Positions 30,879 through 39,726 of a stretch of DNA of 64,000 bases are shown here, piece after piece (within the stretch, counting starts at the first letter, position 1; every line of letters begins with the position of its first letter). The DNA is from an uncultured virus (IMG/VR IMGVR_UViG_3300017719_000001) (Duplodnaviria > Heunggongvirae > Uroviricota > Caudoviricetes). The stretch is taken from the IMG/VR virus record IMGVR_UViG_3300017719_000001. One strand, given 5' to 3'. The translations under genes were made by a program, and so were the position numbers. The notes under the pieces were generated by a model. That model did not search any database and was not told where the DNA came from. It saw only the letters and a list, made by a program, of their open reading frames with translations.

Positions 30879-32062
30879 AATGTCCTTAATAATACACAAT
30901 CAGCATTCACCCTTCCATTGCAGGGATTTACTTTGGTTGTGACTGTTTTCCACACCTGCGACTCAATCTGTTTTGGTGTCTTGGTTAATATAAGTGGTAG
31001 AATATCCTCAGGTTTACGCAACCTAGTACACTTTGATAATTTAGGCTCAAAGTTTTTAATAGACGTTCCACCTATTTCAAAACCAGCAGTCGCAGTGGTA
31101 ACATACTGATAAAGTGTTCTATTCTTTGTATTAAAGATGAATAGAGTTTCTTTACCGGGGATAGTGACAGGATTGATTGAAGCAATCTTAAAATCAGTAT
31201 CATCGGATTTATATTTAAGGTTTTTAACCTGATCGTCTGTAGATTTTCTCTTAGCAATACGAGGGGTTTTACTAGCCTTGAATGACAGTTTCAATGAATC
31301 CAAATCAGCAAAGATAGTATCCATTTGTTTTAACATTTTTCTTTTATTAGCAGGACTAATGTGCGAATAAGCCTCTACACATTGATCACACTTCTTATTG
31401 AGTGCATCACTAATTTCATCATAATTTGATTGAATGATTCTTTGAAATGGAGCAATTGCATTGCCCTTTAATTGATGTTCTTTAAATAAACTATAGACAT
31501 CAAGCTTCTCTTTGTATTTGTTATCCATCCAGCCATCAACAATTGTTTCATCCCATGCTGCATAGATTGTATCCATCATTTTGCGTCTGGTTCTCTCAGC
31601 AATAGAGATAACAGGTGGGGCATTTTTAGTTTCTTCTTTCTTTTCTAGTAGTAAAATCTTGCCTTCTTCTACCTGTTCCAATAGATGTGTTTTAACTTTG
31701 GCATACTGTTCTTCGGTATGTTCCCATCCACGATAGTGTAAACGTATTACAGCTTTACAACTACCAACTAATTTATAATCTTGGCATGCTTTCAGAGCTT
31801 TAATTTGATCTGTATCAAACCCAATATCTTCAGCATATCTAATTACATAAGGTATGTAATCTTTAAGTTTGTAGTAATAGTTATACCAGTGTGCTGCTTT
31901 GGTCCACTCAACATTTACTTCTGATTGAGTATATTTCTTTGTTACCCCTTCTTCCCAGAATGGTTCAGGGCCCATATGAATTTGATCAAGAGAAAGTCTT
32001 TTGGATCTTTTCTCTGACCTCTTGGCCTTTTTCTTAGCCGCTATTTCTGTTGCTGTCGCCAT
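30875..32062 (-). CDS. hypothetical T4-like phage protein
   Basis: 395 aa, AAGGAG RBS, own promoter; SINP, LRKPE, NGRVN motifs. Confidence 0.75.
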   Translation of the reverse strand: MATATEIAAKKKAKRSEKRSKRLSLDQIHMGPEPFWEEGVTKKYTQSEVNVEWTKAAHWYNYYYKLKDYIPYVIRYAEDIGFDTDQIKALKACQDYKLVGSCKAVIRLHYRGWEHTEEQYAKVKTHLLEQVEEGKILLLEKKEETKNAPPVISIAERTRRKMMDTIYAAWDETIVDGWMDNKYKEKLDVYSLFKEHQLKGNAIAPFQRIIQSNYDEISDALNKKCDQCVEAYSHISPANKRKMLKQMDTIFADLDSLKLSFKASKTPRIAKRKSTDDQVKNLKYKSDDTDFKIASINPVTIPGKETLFIFNTKNRTLYQYVTTATAGFEIGGTSIKNFEPKLSKCTRLRKPEDILPLILTKTPKQIESQVWKTVTTKVNPCNGRVNADCVLLRTL

Positions 32063-32086
32063 AATATCTCCTTAATAATATATGTT

Positions 32087-32115
32087 ATTATATCACACTT
32101 TTATGCAAAAGTAAA
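32087..32115 (-). promoter_or_regulatory. early-type sigma70 promoter
   Basis: TTTACT-17 nt-TATAAT, spacer ending TGTGA. Confidence 0.7.
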
Positions 32116-32116
32116 G

Positions 32117-32165
32117 GGGCCGAGTAACATAATTATAAATAAAGGAGTGCAATGTTACTCGGCCC
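32117..32165. repeat. 14-bp perfect inverted repeat with 21-nt loop
   Basis: GGGCCGAGTAACAT (32117-32130) / ATGTTACTCGGCCC (32152-32165). Confidence 0.9.
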
Positions 32166-32171
32166 ACAAGC

Positions 32172-32432
32172 TTAAACTTCTGTAGGATCAATATCCTTAA
32201 TTCCTAAAATCCAATTTTCAGCGGCTTCTTCAGCCCATACTTCAGATTTACCTTCGTACCATTCAATACCTAAGGTCTTGCCTTTATGTACAAATCTAAC
32301 TCCAAATGTATTATCTGATTTCTTTTTAACTACTTGTGCTGTCTTTGGATCATTCATAAACTCACTCATAAGCACTATATCATTTGAGAGGCCTTGAAGC
32401 CTCATGTGTTCGTCGTGACTACTATTCGCCAT
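32172..32432 (-). CDS. hypothetical protein
   Basis: 86 aa, GGAG RBS. Confidence 0.65.
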   Translation of the reverse strand: MANSSHDEHMRLQGLSNDIVLMSEFMNDPKTAQVVKKKSDNTFGVRFVHKGKTLGIEWYEGKSEVWAEEAAENWILGIKDIDPTEV

Positions 32433-32553
32433 CTTTTTTCTCCCAAAACATAGGCATTCTTTTGCCTTGTTTTTCTTCTTCGATTATGTGGCTAGACATA
32501 TAACAAAATAAAAATCCGATTCCACATAATACTATTCCAATAAAAGTTTCCAT
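32422..32553 (-). CDS. small membrane protein (43 aa)
   Basis: Manual: METFIGIVLCGIGFLFCYMSSHIIEEEKQGKRMPMFWEKKDGE; fills the gap. Confidence 0.55.
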   Translation of the reverse strand: METFIGIVLCGIGFLFCYMSSHIIEEEKQGKRMPMFWEKKDGE

Positions 32554-32559
32554 ATATAT

Positions 32560-32868
32560 TTATCTCCCAATGTGCTCTACATCTTTGCGAGGTATCACTT
32601 GATATGCACCTTTGTTGTATGCAGGTGCGACTGTAAAGTTTTTAGAAGCTTCTTGCTTCCATGATTGATCTTTATTAGGTGTATATGTACTTGACATTTC
32701 GGCTGAGGGGTATTTGGTTCTGTGTTCTGCTGACATCTTCTCTGCCAAAGTCTGTTCATGCACCATAGGTTTAAAATCTGCTTTAGGCCTACGTGGTTTG
32801 TTTAATGCAGGTGTCTTACGCTTTCTGCCATACATATCATATCTTAAACTTCCAATAGAATTACGCAT
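32560..32868 (-). CDS. hypothetical protein
   Basis: 102 aa; C-terminal VAPAYNKGAYQVI motif; AGGAGG RBS. Confidence 0.7.
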   Translation of the reverse strand: MRNSIGSLRYDMYGRKRKTPALNKPRRPKADFKPMVHEQTLAEKMSAEHRTKYPSAEMSSTYTPNKDQSWKQEASKNFTVAPAYNKGAYQVIPRKDVEHIGR

Positions 32869-33281
32869 TATGCCTCCTTACTTGGATCCCATAGGGTCAG
32901 GTTCTTAGTTTTAAGTCGGTTTACAAGTAATTTATATCGGCTTTGTTCTTCTTTCCATTCCTTTAACCACTTATGACCATCACGTTCTGCATCAATAAAG
33001 ATTGCATTAGTTAATGCTAGTGGAACTAACACTGCACAGTGAGCAATAATACTGACCACTGTATTGTAATTAAAGAATCCTAGATAGTTTGCCGCTAGGA
33101 ATCCAAAAAATACACTCCATACAGTAAACAATACTAACATGAAATATGTTTGCAGACTTGGGTCTGGAATGTACTTTAGGGGGTTATATTTAACGTCCAT
33201 GACGCGTCTCCAGGCACTTACAATACCCATAACAGTGCGTCTAAATAGTTTTGGCTTTTTTAACATTGGTTCTATACTCAT
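32868..33281 (-). CDS. membrane protein
   Basis: Two hydrophobic segments after NPLKYIPDPSLQ. Confidence 0.7.
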   Translation of the reverse strand: MSIEPMLKKPKLFRRTVMGIVSAWRRVMDVKYNPLKYIPDPSLQTYFMLVLFTVWSVFFGFLAANYLGFFNYNTVVSIIAHCAVLVPLALTNAIFIDAERDGHKWLKEWKEEQSRYKLLVNRLKTKNLTLWDPSKEA

Positions 33282-33550
33282 TATGTTTTCCTCTCATATT
33301 CATCTATCAATTCTTGGCCAGTAAGTTTTTTACCGAAGGTATGTATTAATCTGCCGTTCTGCCTACGCTCTACTACGCCACTATTGAATTCAGTATCGGT
33401 TACACACTGACCGTCAATGGTATCCTCTGGTCTGTCGTCATAATGCATGCTATCTAATGAATGTGCATGAATACTTTTTACAGATGTTGCCCAGGCCTCG
33501 GCTTCCATTTTGATTTTTTGCCTTTCTACCGATTTAGTGTATTGTGTCAT
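33281..33550 (-). CDS. hypothetical protein
   Basis: 89 aa, AGGAG RBS. Confidence 0.6.
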   Translation of the reverse strand: MTQYTKSVERQKIKMEAEAWATSVKSIHAHSLDSMHYDDRPEDTIDGQCVTDTEFNSGVVERRQNGRLIHTFGKKLTGQELIDEYERKT

Positions 33551-33671
33551 AAGAACTCCTGCCTTGTTCGGCGAGTTTAATTAATTCTTGCAACTTATCT
33601 TCCCATAACTTTTTAAAGTCAGGGTTAGTTGCTCTATCCCTAGCCTTTTGTAGAGCAAATACTCTACGCAT
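33534..33671 (-). CDS. hypothetical protein
   Basis: Likely start MRRVFALQKAR just after upstream stop. Confidence 0.5.
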   Translation of the reverse strand: MRRVFALQKARDRATNPDFKKLWEDKLQELIKLAEQGRSSYDTIH

Positions 33672-33678
33672 GGTACGA

Positions 33679-33969
33679 CTAGTCCCAGTCATTACAAGTT
33701 GCTCGATATGTATCCATATACGATGTGCCAGCCAAATAGTCTTTGGTCTGTTGCTCACTGTAATACATATTTTTGGGACTGTTACATTCTAGGGAATTTG
33801 GGGATTGGTGACCTGCCTTCTTAACGTATTTGGTTAATGCGGACTGGTCTGCCTTAAACTTCTTGGCCTCTTTCTTGGCTGCTGCCTTTTTGGCCTTCTG
33901 TTCTTTATCATAAAGTTTCTTTTCCTCTTTGAGGATTTTCATGATTTGGTTATACGATTCATTTGACAT
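33679..33969 (-). CDS. hypothetical early protein, Lys/Ala-rich
   Basis: AAGGAG RBS and own promoter. Confidence 0.7.
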   Translation of the reverse strand: MSNESYNQIMKILKEEKKLYDKEQKAKKAAAKKEAKKFKADQSALTKYVKKAGHQSPNSLECNSPKNMYYSEQQTKDYLAGTSYMDTYRATCNDWD

Positions 33970-33999
33970 AATATGTTTACTCCTTCAATTTATATGTAC

Positions 34000-34028
34000 A
34001 TAATATCACATTGTGTCGATGCTGTCAA
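34000..34028 (-). promoter_or_regulatory. early-type sigma70 promoter
   Basis: GTTGACA-17 nt-TATTAT. Confidence 0.7.
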
Positions 34029-34038
34029 CACGTTTCTG

Positions 34039-34341
34039 TTAAAAAGATGCAATTAATTTAACTAAATTGTTAATTAAAAACATCAGACCTACACCATTAA
34101 GTAGTATTAGTGCTCTATCTTGCCATATAATAGACACCCATAACCATAGAGCAATACCACTAATAGATAGGTATAGATCATATATTTGCATACCTTCTAC
34201 GCCCCTAATGGACATAGCAATTAATACAAACGCACTTGCAACCCACTTTAAATACCAATCTAGTGTATACTTGGGAGTTGCACTCTTAAAAATTCGTTTT
34301 GAGTTTTCCAACTCATTTTTGTTAAATTCAGGCACTGACAT
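34039..34341 (-). CDS. small multi-pass membrane protein
   Basis: Three hydrophobic helices; DWYLKW, W.DRALILLN. Confidence 0.65.
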   Translation of the reverse strand: MSVPEFNKNELENSKRIFKSATPKYTLDWYLKWVASAFVLIAMSIRGVEGMQIYDLYLSISGIALWLWVSIIWQDRALILLNGVGLMFLINNLVKLIASF

Positions 34342-34349
34342 ATAATCCT

Positions 34350-34739
34350 TTAGTAAGCATGACTATAACCATGACACAACACACTATGGTCATGCCCATA
34401 ACGTACATCTGTCTTTTTAAATAATTCAAGGGCTCTTTTAGCGGCCCATTGATCCTCAAATTTCTTTCCACCAATGTGAACTAGAAACTCTTCAGAATCA
34501 TTATAAGGACGATTGCCTTTCCAATCATATAGAGTAAAGTATGATGATTCAACACCAAACTCATCTTCAACTTCGTATTCAATTACAAACTCAAATGTAC
34601 ATTTTCCATCGCCTGAGATGTATTCCTCAGGTTGGCCAAACATTTCAATTAGATCATTATAAGATGCAGTCATTTCACCTTGTCGGCTAGAGCCACATCC
34701 ATCATTGGTTGAGGGATAATATGTTACACGAGTAGTCAT
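34350..34739 (-). CDS. hypothetical protein
   Basis: 129 aa; FG.P, DGK, FTLYDWK, HIGG; GGAGG RBS. Confidence 0.65.
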   Translation of the reverse strand: MTTRVTYYPSTNDGCGSSRQGEMTASYNDLIEMFGQPEEYISGDGKCTFEFVIEYEVEDEFGVESSYFTLYDWKGNRPYNDSEEFLVHIGGKKFEDQWAAKRALELFKKTDVRYGHDHSVLCHGYSHAY

Positions 34740-34945
34740 TACGCTACCTCCATCAAATAAAGTTCTGCCTGTTGAGGCGTTGCAAAATACCCAGACAGTC
34801 TGTCATAGGGCTCGGTACCAACCGAAGTGGTTCCGTCACTCCAGTAGTATTCTACCTCACATGACTGGCCAATGTAATAACCAGCAGCTGACTGCATGAC
34901 CTTTGGCTCTGAAACACTCAATAATTTATCATCATTCATACTCAT
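34739..34945 (-). CDS. hypothetical early protein
   Basis: SAAGYYIG, EPYDRLSGYF; AAGGAG RBS. Confidence 0.65.
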   Translation of the reverse strand: MSMNDDKLLSVSEPKVMQSAAGYYIGQSCEVEYYWSDGTTSVGTEPYDRLSGYFATPQQAELYLMEVA

Positions 34946-34975
34946 AATATACTCCTTAATTCACTTTATGTAACC

Positions 34976-35004
34976 ATTATAACACTATTTTGAAGGGCTG
35001 TCAA
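34976..35004 (-). promoter_or_regulatory. early-type sigma70 promoter
   Basis: Perfect TTGACA-17 nt-TATAAT. Confidence 0.85.
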
Positions 35005-35023
35005 CACGTTTCTGCAATTATTT

Positions 35024-35452
35024 TTAATTATTTTTCGGCCAACATTTATTGTATAATTTCTCTTCAAGCCTGAAAGCTTCACGTTCCCATGGTTGGTTTT
35101 CATATTTCCAACCCTCTGCATTACGACCTTTCCATACACGAGAGCCGTATGAATTTAACTCCCCTCGGAAGTATTGTTTTGCATGCACCATTTCATGGGC
35201 TATTGTCTGCATCATTTGTTCAAAGGGAAGTGGATTACCCTCTTCAGTACGAGAGATTTGTATATCACAGTATCCCTTTTTCATATCACCCCAACACAAG
35301 CCTTGAGCATCTTCTTCAAGCTGTGTTTTAAAGTTAAGAAAGATCACCTTAGAATGCATACGGTTAATACCGAGTTCCTTACATAGGTTACCAATATAGG
35401 TTACAATCTTGGCTTTGTTTTTCATTCGTCCTTTCATAACGAGTAATGGCAT
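35024..35452 (-). CDS. HExxH zinc metallopeptidase-like protein
   Basis: TIAHEMVHAKQY and PWEREA motifs. Confidence 0.75.
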   Translation of the reverse strand: MPLLVMKGRMKNKAKIVTYIGNLCKELGINRMHSKVIFLNFKTQLEEDAQGLCWGDMKKGYCDIQISRTEEGNPLPFEQMMQTIAHEMVHAKQYFRGELNSYGSRVWKGRNAEGWKYENQPWEREAFRLEEKLYNKCWPKNN

Positions 35453-35457
35453 ATTTA

Positions 35458-35640
35458 CTACCTCTTAAGTTTTACAAAACGTCTACGGGATTTACTGAAT
35501 TGCTTCATGGGAGATTTAAACCAAATCTCCTCACGAGTTCCAGTCTTGACATATCCTGCCAAGTGACCTGCATCATTAACGATGTAGGTATGATTGGGAG
35601 TTGAATCCCCCCAATCAGTGATTTCTTTTAAGTACTGCAT
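35458..35640 (-). CDS. hypothetical protein
   Basis: Likely start MQYLKEITDW coupled to upstream stop. Confidence 0.6.
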   Translation of the reverse strand: MQYLKEITDWGDSTPNHTYIVNDAGHLAGYVKTGTREEIWFKSPMKQFSKSRRRFVKLKR

Positions 35641-35933
35641 TATGCTGCACTCAATAATGATGGAGCAACTTTCCAAAGACCAGTCATTGTTTCAACCTTG
35701 ATGTTTTTGGGCATTATCTTGATTACCTTACCGGTCACTTTCTGACCTCTTGAAGTAAAGAATACAGAGTCACCTACCGAAAATTGTGCTTTGGCTGAGG
35801 CCTGTTTAATAGAACGTAATACCTTCATTCGGGCATTAAACACTGGGATTAATGCATTCATTGACTCTAGGTCTAGGCCGTTAATTTCTTTGATTAGGTT
35901 ATTCATAGTCATATTTTCTCTCACTTGTTTCAT
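35640..35933 (-). CDS. hypothetical early protein, SH3/KOW-like C-terminus
   Basis: FSVGDSV.F..RG....GKVIK....IKV; own promoter; start uncertain. Confidence 0.6.
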   Translation of the reverse strand: MKQVRENMTMNNLIKEINGLDLESMNALIPVFNARMKVLRSIKQASAKAQFSVGDSVFFTSRGQKVTGKVIKIMPKNIKVETMTGLWKVAPSLLSAA

Positions 35934-35947
35934 TAATTTATGGTACC

Positions 35948-35975
35948 ATTATATCACATTTAGAGCATATGTAAA
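35948..35975 (-). promoter_or_regulatory. early-type sigma70 promoter
   Basis: GTTTACA-16 nt-TATAAT, spacer ending TGTGA. Confidence 0.7.
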
Positions 35976-36056
35976 CACGCTAAGTAAAAATAATTGCATT
36001 TTTTTATATTATTTTGGAATATGTAACATATTTGTCACACATTTTGGTTATAAGGG

Positions 36057-37892
36057 CTATGGTGCGTATATTTTAATACGCTCTTTCTTACCTTTAACCG
36101 TTATATCACCTATTGGTCTCGGTTTAAAGTCGGTAAGTTGTTCCATTGTGAAACTGGAGATGATGGTTGGACAGTTGATGTACTCTCCTCTTGCTGCTGT
36201 GGCTTCGAGTCTTGCGGCAAGGTTGACTGCGTCTCCAATGACAGAGTAATCAAACCGAGACTCACTACCCATATTACCAACAATGCAATCGCCAGTATTG
36301 ATGCCAGTTCCAACATTGATGGGGGGTAAACCCTGTTCTTTATATTTTCGTCTAAGTTCATCTGTTTTTGCCTCTATTTCAAGAGCTGATTTAACAGCCA
36401 TATCTGCGTGATTTGGACAGTCTAATGGTGCGTTCCAGAATGCCATTATACAGTCGCCCATATATTTATCTATTGTTCCACCATTATTCATAATTATTTT
36501 AGTCATATTATCCAAGAAATCATTGATTAGTAATACAAGTCCTTCTGGATCGTCGTTGTTTTTATAGTGCTCTGATACTGGAGTGAATCCACATATATCC
36601 ATAAACAAGAAAGTCATCTCTCTACGCTCACCCCCGAGCTTTAATAATTCAGGACTCTTCTGCAATAGATATACCTGCCTAGGATCAAGGTATGTTTCAA
36701 ATTGTTTCTTTATCTGTTGCCTTAAAACAAACTGTTTATAGAAATTATTGAACGCGGCTGAGGTAAAGGTTATTATATATAATATTAAGGTACTTAAAGG
36801 GGACAACAGTATACTGTAGCTCTGCCATATATAAATAAATCCACCTACAACAACACTTGAAAGGATCAAGAATGTGGTACCTGAAATCCATATCGGAAGA
36901 TAATATACTGCCACCACAATCAGTATCGAACCCACTATCATACTCACTATCTCTAGTATATCGGCCCACAAAGGACGAGTTATCTGAGTACCATCAACGA
37001 TGGTCTGAATGGCAGAAGCCTGTAATGAATGTGCAGACTTCATACCACTTGGAGTTGGAATCTGTGATGCCAAGCCAGAAGCAGTTAAACCAATCAGTAC
37101 AGATTTCCCCATTAGATTTGGTAACTCACTGGACCCGTAGTTTATTTCCGTAAACTTAATATTAGGATTTAACCAGATTTGCCCTTGATTGCCTGTTGGT
37201 ATTTGAAAGGGCCTAAGTATAATTTCTTCAATACCTGTATCATTTACCTTAACGGTATATGACGGCTTATTCTGCATAACTCTTATAGTCTCCAAACTAA
37301 ATGACGGATAGAGTTGATTATTAATTTGAGATAGTAGTGGTATTCTTCTTGCAACACCATCTATTTCAGGCATTGCATTAATTAATCCATGGCCCCAAGC
37401 TCCTTCTTCTAATGCAGGTATATTGGTAACCAATCCATCATAACGTACTACCCAATCCATTGGGTCTCCAGTACCAAATACTGCTGAACCAACATAAGGC
37501 GCAGTAGAGCTTCTACCACTTGGGTCTGCATCTTGTGATAATATAATACCATTATCTTTAATCCAAGATGCGAATACTTCATCACCACCGAATCTATCGG
37601 CCTCTGGGTACATGATAGTGAATCCAATCATTCCAGCACCAGCGTTACGCAAGTCAGAAATCATCTGTGCATATATATGTCGTGGGAATGGGTATTGGCC
37701 GTGAACGCCTAAAGTTTCTTCTGATATATTTAACAATACAATATCATTTGACTTTGTTTCTTCTATAGATGTTATGTATTGATCAAAGACTGTAAGCCTT
37801 AATTGCTGTAGAAATGAAGGATCAGATACTCTTATTACAACACCTAGTATCACAATGGCCAGAGTAGCCCATATAGAAGTTATGTATTTCAT
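36057..37892 (-). CDS. CHASE2-domain class III adenylate cyclase
   Basis: N-term TM; CHASE2 motifs (GQYPFPR, DGVARRIPL, GKSVLIG); three TMs; FMDICGFT, IDKYMGDCIMAFWNAP, YSVIGDAVNLAARLE, VKGK; start TAATG-coupled at 37892. Confidence 0.93.
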   Translation of the reverse strand: MKYITSIWATLAIVILGVVIRVSDPSFLQQLRLTVFDQYITSIEETKSNDIVLLNISEETLGVHGQYPFPRHIYAQMISDLRNAGAGMIGFTIMYPEADRFGGDEVFASWIKDNGIILSQDADPSGRSSTAPYVGSAVFGTGDPMDWVVRYDGLVTNIPALEEGAWGHGLINAMPEIDGVARRIPLLSQINNQLYPSFSLETIRVMQNKPSYTVKVNDTGIEEIILRPFQIPTGNQGQIWLNPNIKFTEINYGSSELPNLMGKSVLIGLTASGLASQIPTPSGMKSAHSLQASAIQTIVDGTQITRPLWADILEIVSMIVGSILIVVAVYYLPIWISGTTFLILSSVVVGGFIYIWQSYSILLSPLSTLILYIITFTSAAFNNFYKQFVLRQQIKKQFETYLDPRQVYLLQKSPELLKLGGERREMTFLFMDICGFTPVSEHYKNNDDPEGLVLLINDFLDNMTKIIMNNGGTIDKYMGDCIMAFWNAPLDCPNHADMAVKSALEIEAKTDELRRKYKEQGLPPINVGTGINTGDCIVGNMGSESRFDYSVIGDAVNLAARLEATAARGEYINCPTIISSFTMEQLTDFKPRPIGDITVKGKKERIKIYAP

Positions 37893-38596
37893 TAATCTTG
37901 CGTCACACTTACAGCACAACCACCAACCGTCATGCATGTTTGCGATAAGTTATATGTCTGTGATGTAGTACTCATTTGTTTTAATGTTAAGTCTGTTCCA
38001 TATAATCCATCAAGCGTTATGGTTGCAGTATGACTCGTATTATTTCCTTTTTGACGAACAAATACATCATTATAATCATTATAAATTGTTAAATTTAGAT
38101 TTTTAGCACCATCACTTTGTTGTTTGACTTGAACCTTATTACCATCTCCAGCTAGATGCAAATCAAAACTATGACCCGTTGTAGACCCTTGGTTTGTTTG
38201 TTGTACTGCCATATCATTATTATCACCATATAGTGTAATATCTATTTCATGGCCTCCACCTTCATAACCATCTGCCCACCAAGTTAAATCTGTATCAGAA
38301 TCAAGAGTATTCCATGCAACTCCTTGAGCCAGTTTTATTTGATTACCCGAGCCACTTACTTCATCAAATATAATTTTATTAATGCTATTGCTATCATTGT
38401 GCTGTACTAGATACATTGATAAACTAGATGATGTAATATATGAATTATCATCTTTCATTATTATTTGATTGTTATATCCTATCTGATCTATACCCAATGC
38501 AAGGTTATCTCCAGATTGTTCTACGGATATAACATTATCATCTGCTTGTAATATACTTATTTGCAGTAAAAAGAATGTTATAATTAATTTCTTCAT
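37892..38596 (-). CDS. curlin-like secreted repeat protein (CsgB/CsgA-like)
   Basis: Signal peptide MKKLII..LQA; repeated V-x-Q-x-G-x-x-N strands; C-terminal Cys pair. Confidence 0.7.
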   Translation of the reverse strand: MKKLIITFFLLQISILQADDNVISVEQSGDNLALGIDQIGYNNQIIMKDDNSYITSSSLSMYLVQHNDSNSINKIIFDEVSGSGNQIKLAQGVAWNTLDSDTDLTWWADGYEGGGHEIDITLYGDNNDMAVQQTNQGSTTGHSFDLHLAGDGNKVQVKQQSDGAKNLNLTIYNDYNDVFVRQKGNNTSHTATITLDGLYGTDLTLKQMSTTSQTYNLSQTCMTVGGCAVSVTQD

Positions 38597-38601
38597 GTAT
38601 T

Positions 38602-38609
38602 TATTTATA
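38602..38609 (-). promoter_or_regulatory. late promoter TATAAATA, 5 nt before curlin ATG
   Basis: TATAAATA-AATAC-ATG. Confidence 0.65.
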
Positions 38610-38610
38610 C

Positions 38611-39726
38611 TCATTGTTGATTAATCACTATTAATATGTCTTCGCCTTCATTACCTGTTATTGTGCCTTCCCAAGTTGGAGTTGTAGTATTAAGTGTAAA
38701 GTTATTTCCAGCTCCAATTTGTATATCTATACTGCCGTTTATATTACGATATAATACCAGGTCTCCATCTCTAAGGAATATATTATATTGTGATTCATCA
38801 TTAAATCCCCTCATGCCACCTTTTATATCAAATTCTCCTAGTGTATCAAATAAATCACCAGAATCAACTATATCCAACACATCTATTAAGTATTCAACAC
38901 TTAATTCATCTACATCTAGCTCAGTTGTTTCATCTAAAAACTCTTCATCTAGTGCTTCTTCCTCTAGTTCAGTAAATTCTAAAAAGTCTATATCAAGCAA
39001 TCCTTGATCATCATTATTTTCATCTTGCAGTTCTTCTTGAATCCTGTCTTTTATTTCTGCAGGAGGATTTACTATGAACATATTATCAATTAAAGCAGGT
39101 GTGATACCTTGGATTATAGCACTAGATGTTGGAGCCGAATCCAAGGTAGCTACCATGGTCGCTGCATAAGCTTCATTAAGTGTAACTGATCCTGCCTCAT
39201 TTGTTACAATAATTTCTCCAGATGGATCACCATTTTCATCTGGTAGTAAAATGATTAGGCTTCTACCTAATTCATCTATGGTTGTAGTAAAATCTGTTCC
39301 TCTTACAGCAATAGTAGCAGTAGGAGTTTGTATGTCTATATTGGCTTTATTTACAAGGCCTAATCTACCTGATGCAAAACGTGCAGTACCCATAACCATT
39401 TTCATAGACATTTTAGATAGGTTAGGATTTGGGTCGTAGTAGATCTCGTCTATTAAAACGAGTGAATGTTCTTTAAGTTGAAGTTCTGCTTTATCTAAAA
39501 ACTCTATTAACATTCTACCTTTACCCGTTTGGGCCTGGTCATAGAGTTCTATATCTTGCTTTTCTTTAGCTTCAATTTCTTCTTTATCACGAAGTATTGA
39601 AGTATTACCTGTAACTTCCCTTACGCCACCTATGGGGTCAGCCGCTAAACTAACCCCACTGATGAGTAATAGGCAGAGACTAAGAGTCGCCGTTGCCGTC
39701 TTTTTGTGTAATTGTAATAATTGCAT
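38611..39726 (-). CDS. FecR-domain exported protein with acidic C-terminal region
   Basis: Signal/TM segment; TGKGRMLIEFLD, TPTATIAVRGTDF. Confidence 0.85.
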   Translation of the reverse strand: MQLLQLHKKTATATLSLCLLLISGVSLAADPIGGVREVTGNTSILRDKEEIEAKEKQDIELYDQAQTGKGRMLIEFLDKAELQLKEHSLVLIDEIYYDPNPNLSKMSMKMVMGTARFASGRLGLVNKANIDIQTPTATIAVRGTDFTTTIDELGRSLIILLPDENGDPSGEIIVTNEAGSVTLNEAYAATMVATLDSAPTSSAIIQGITPALIDNMFIVNPPAEIKDRIQEELQDENNDDQGLLDIDFLEFTELEEEALDEEFLDETTELDVDELSVEYLIDVLDIVDSGDLFDTLGEFDIKGGMRGFNDESQYNIFLRDGDLVLYRNINGSIDIQIGAGNNFTLNTTTPTWEGTITGNEGEDILIVINQQ

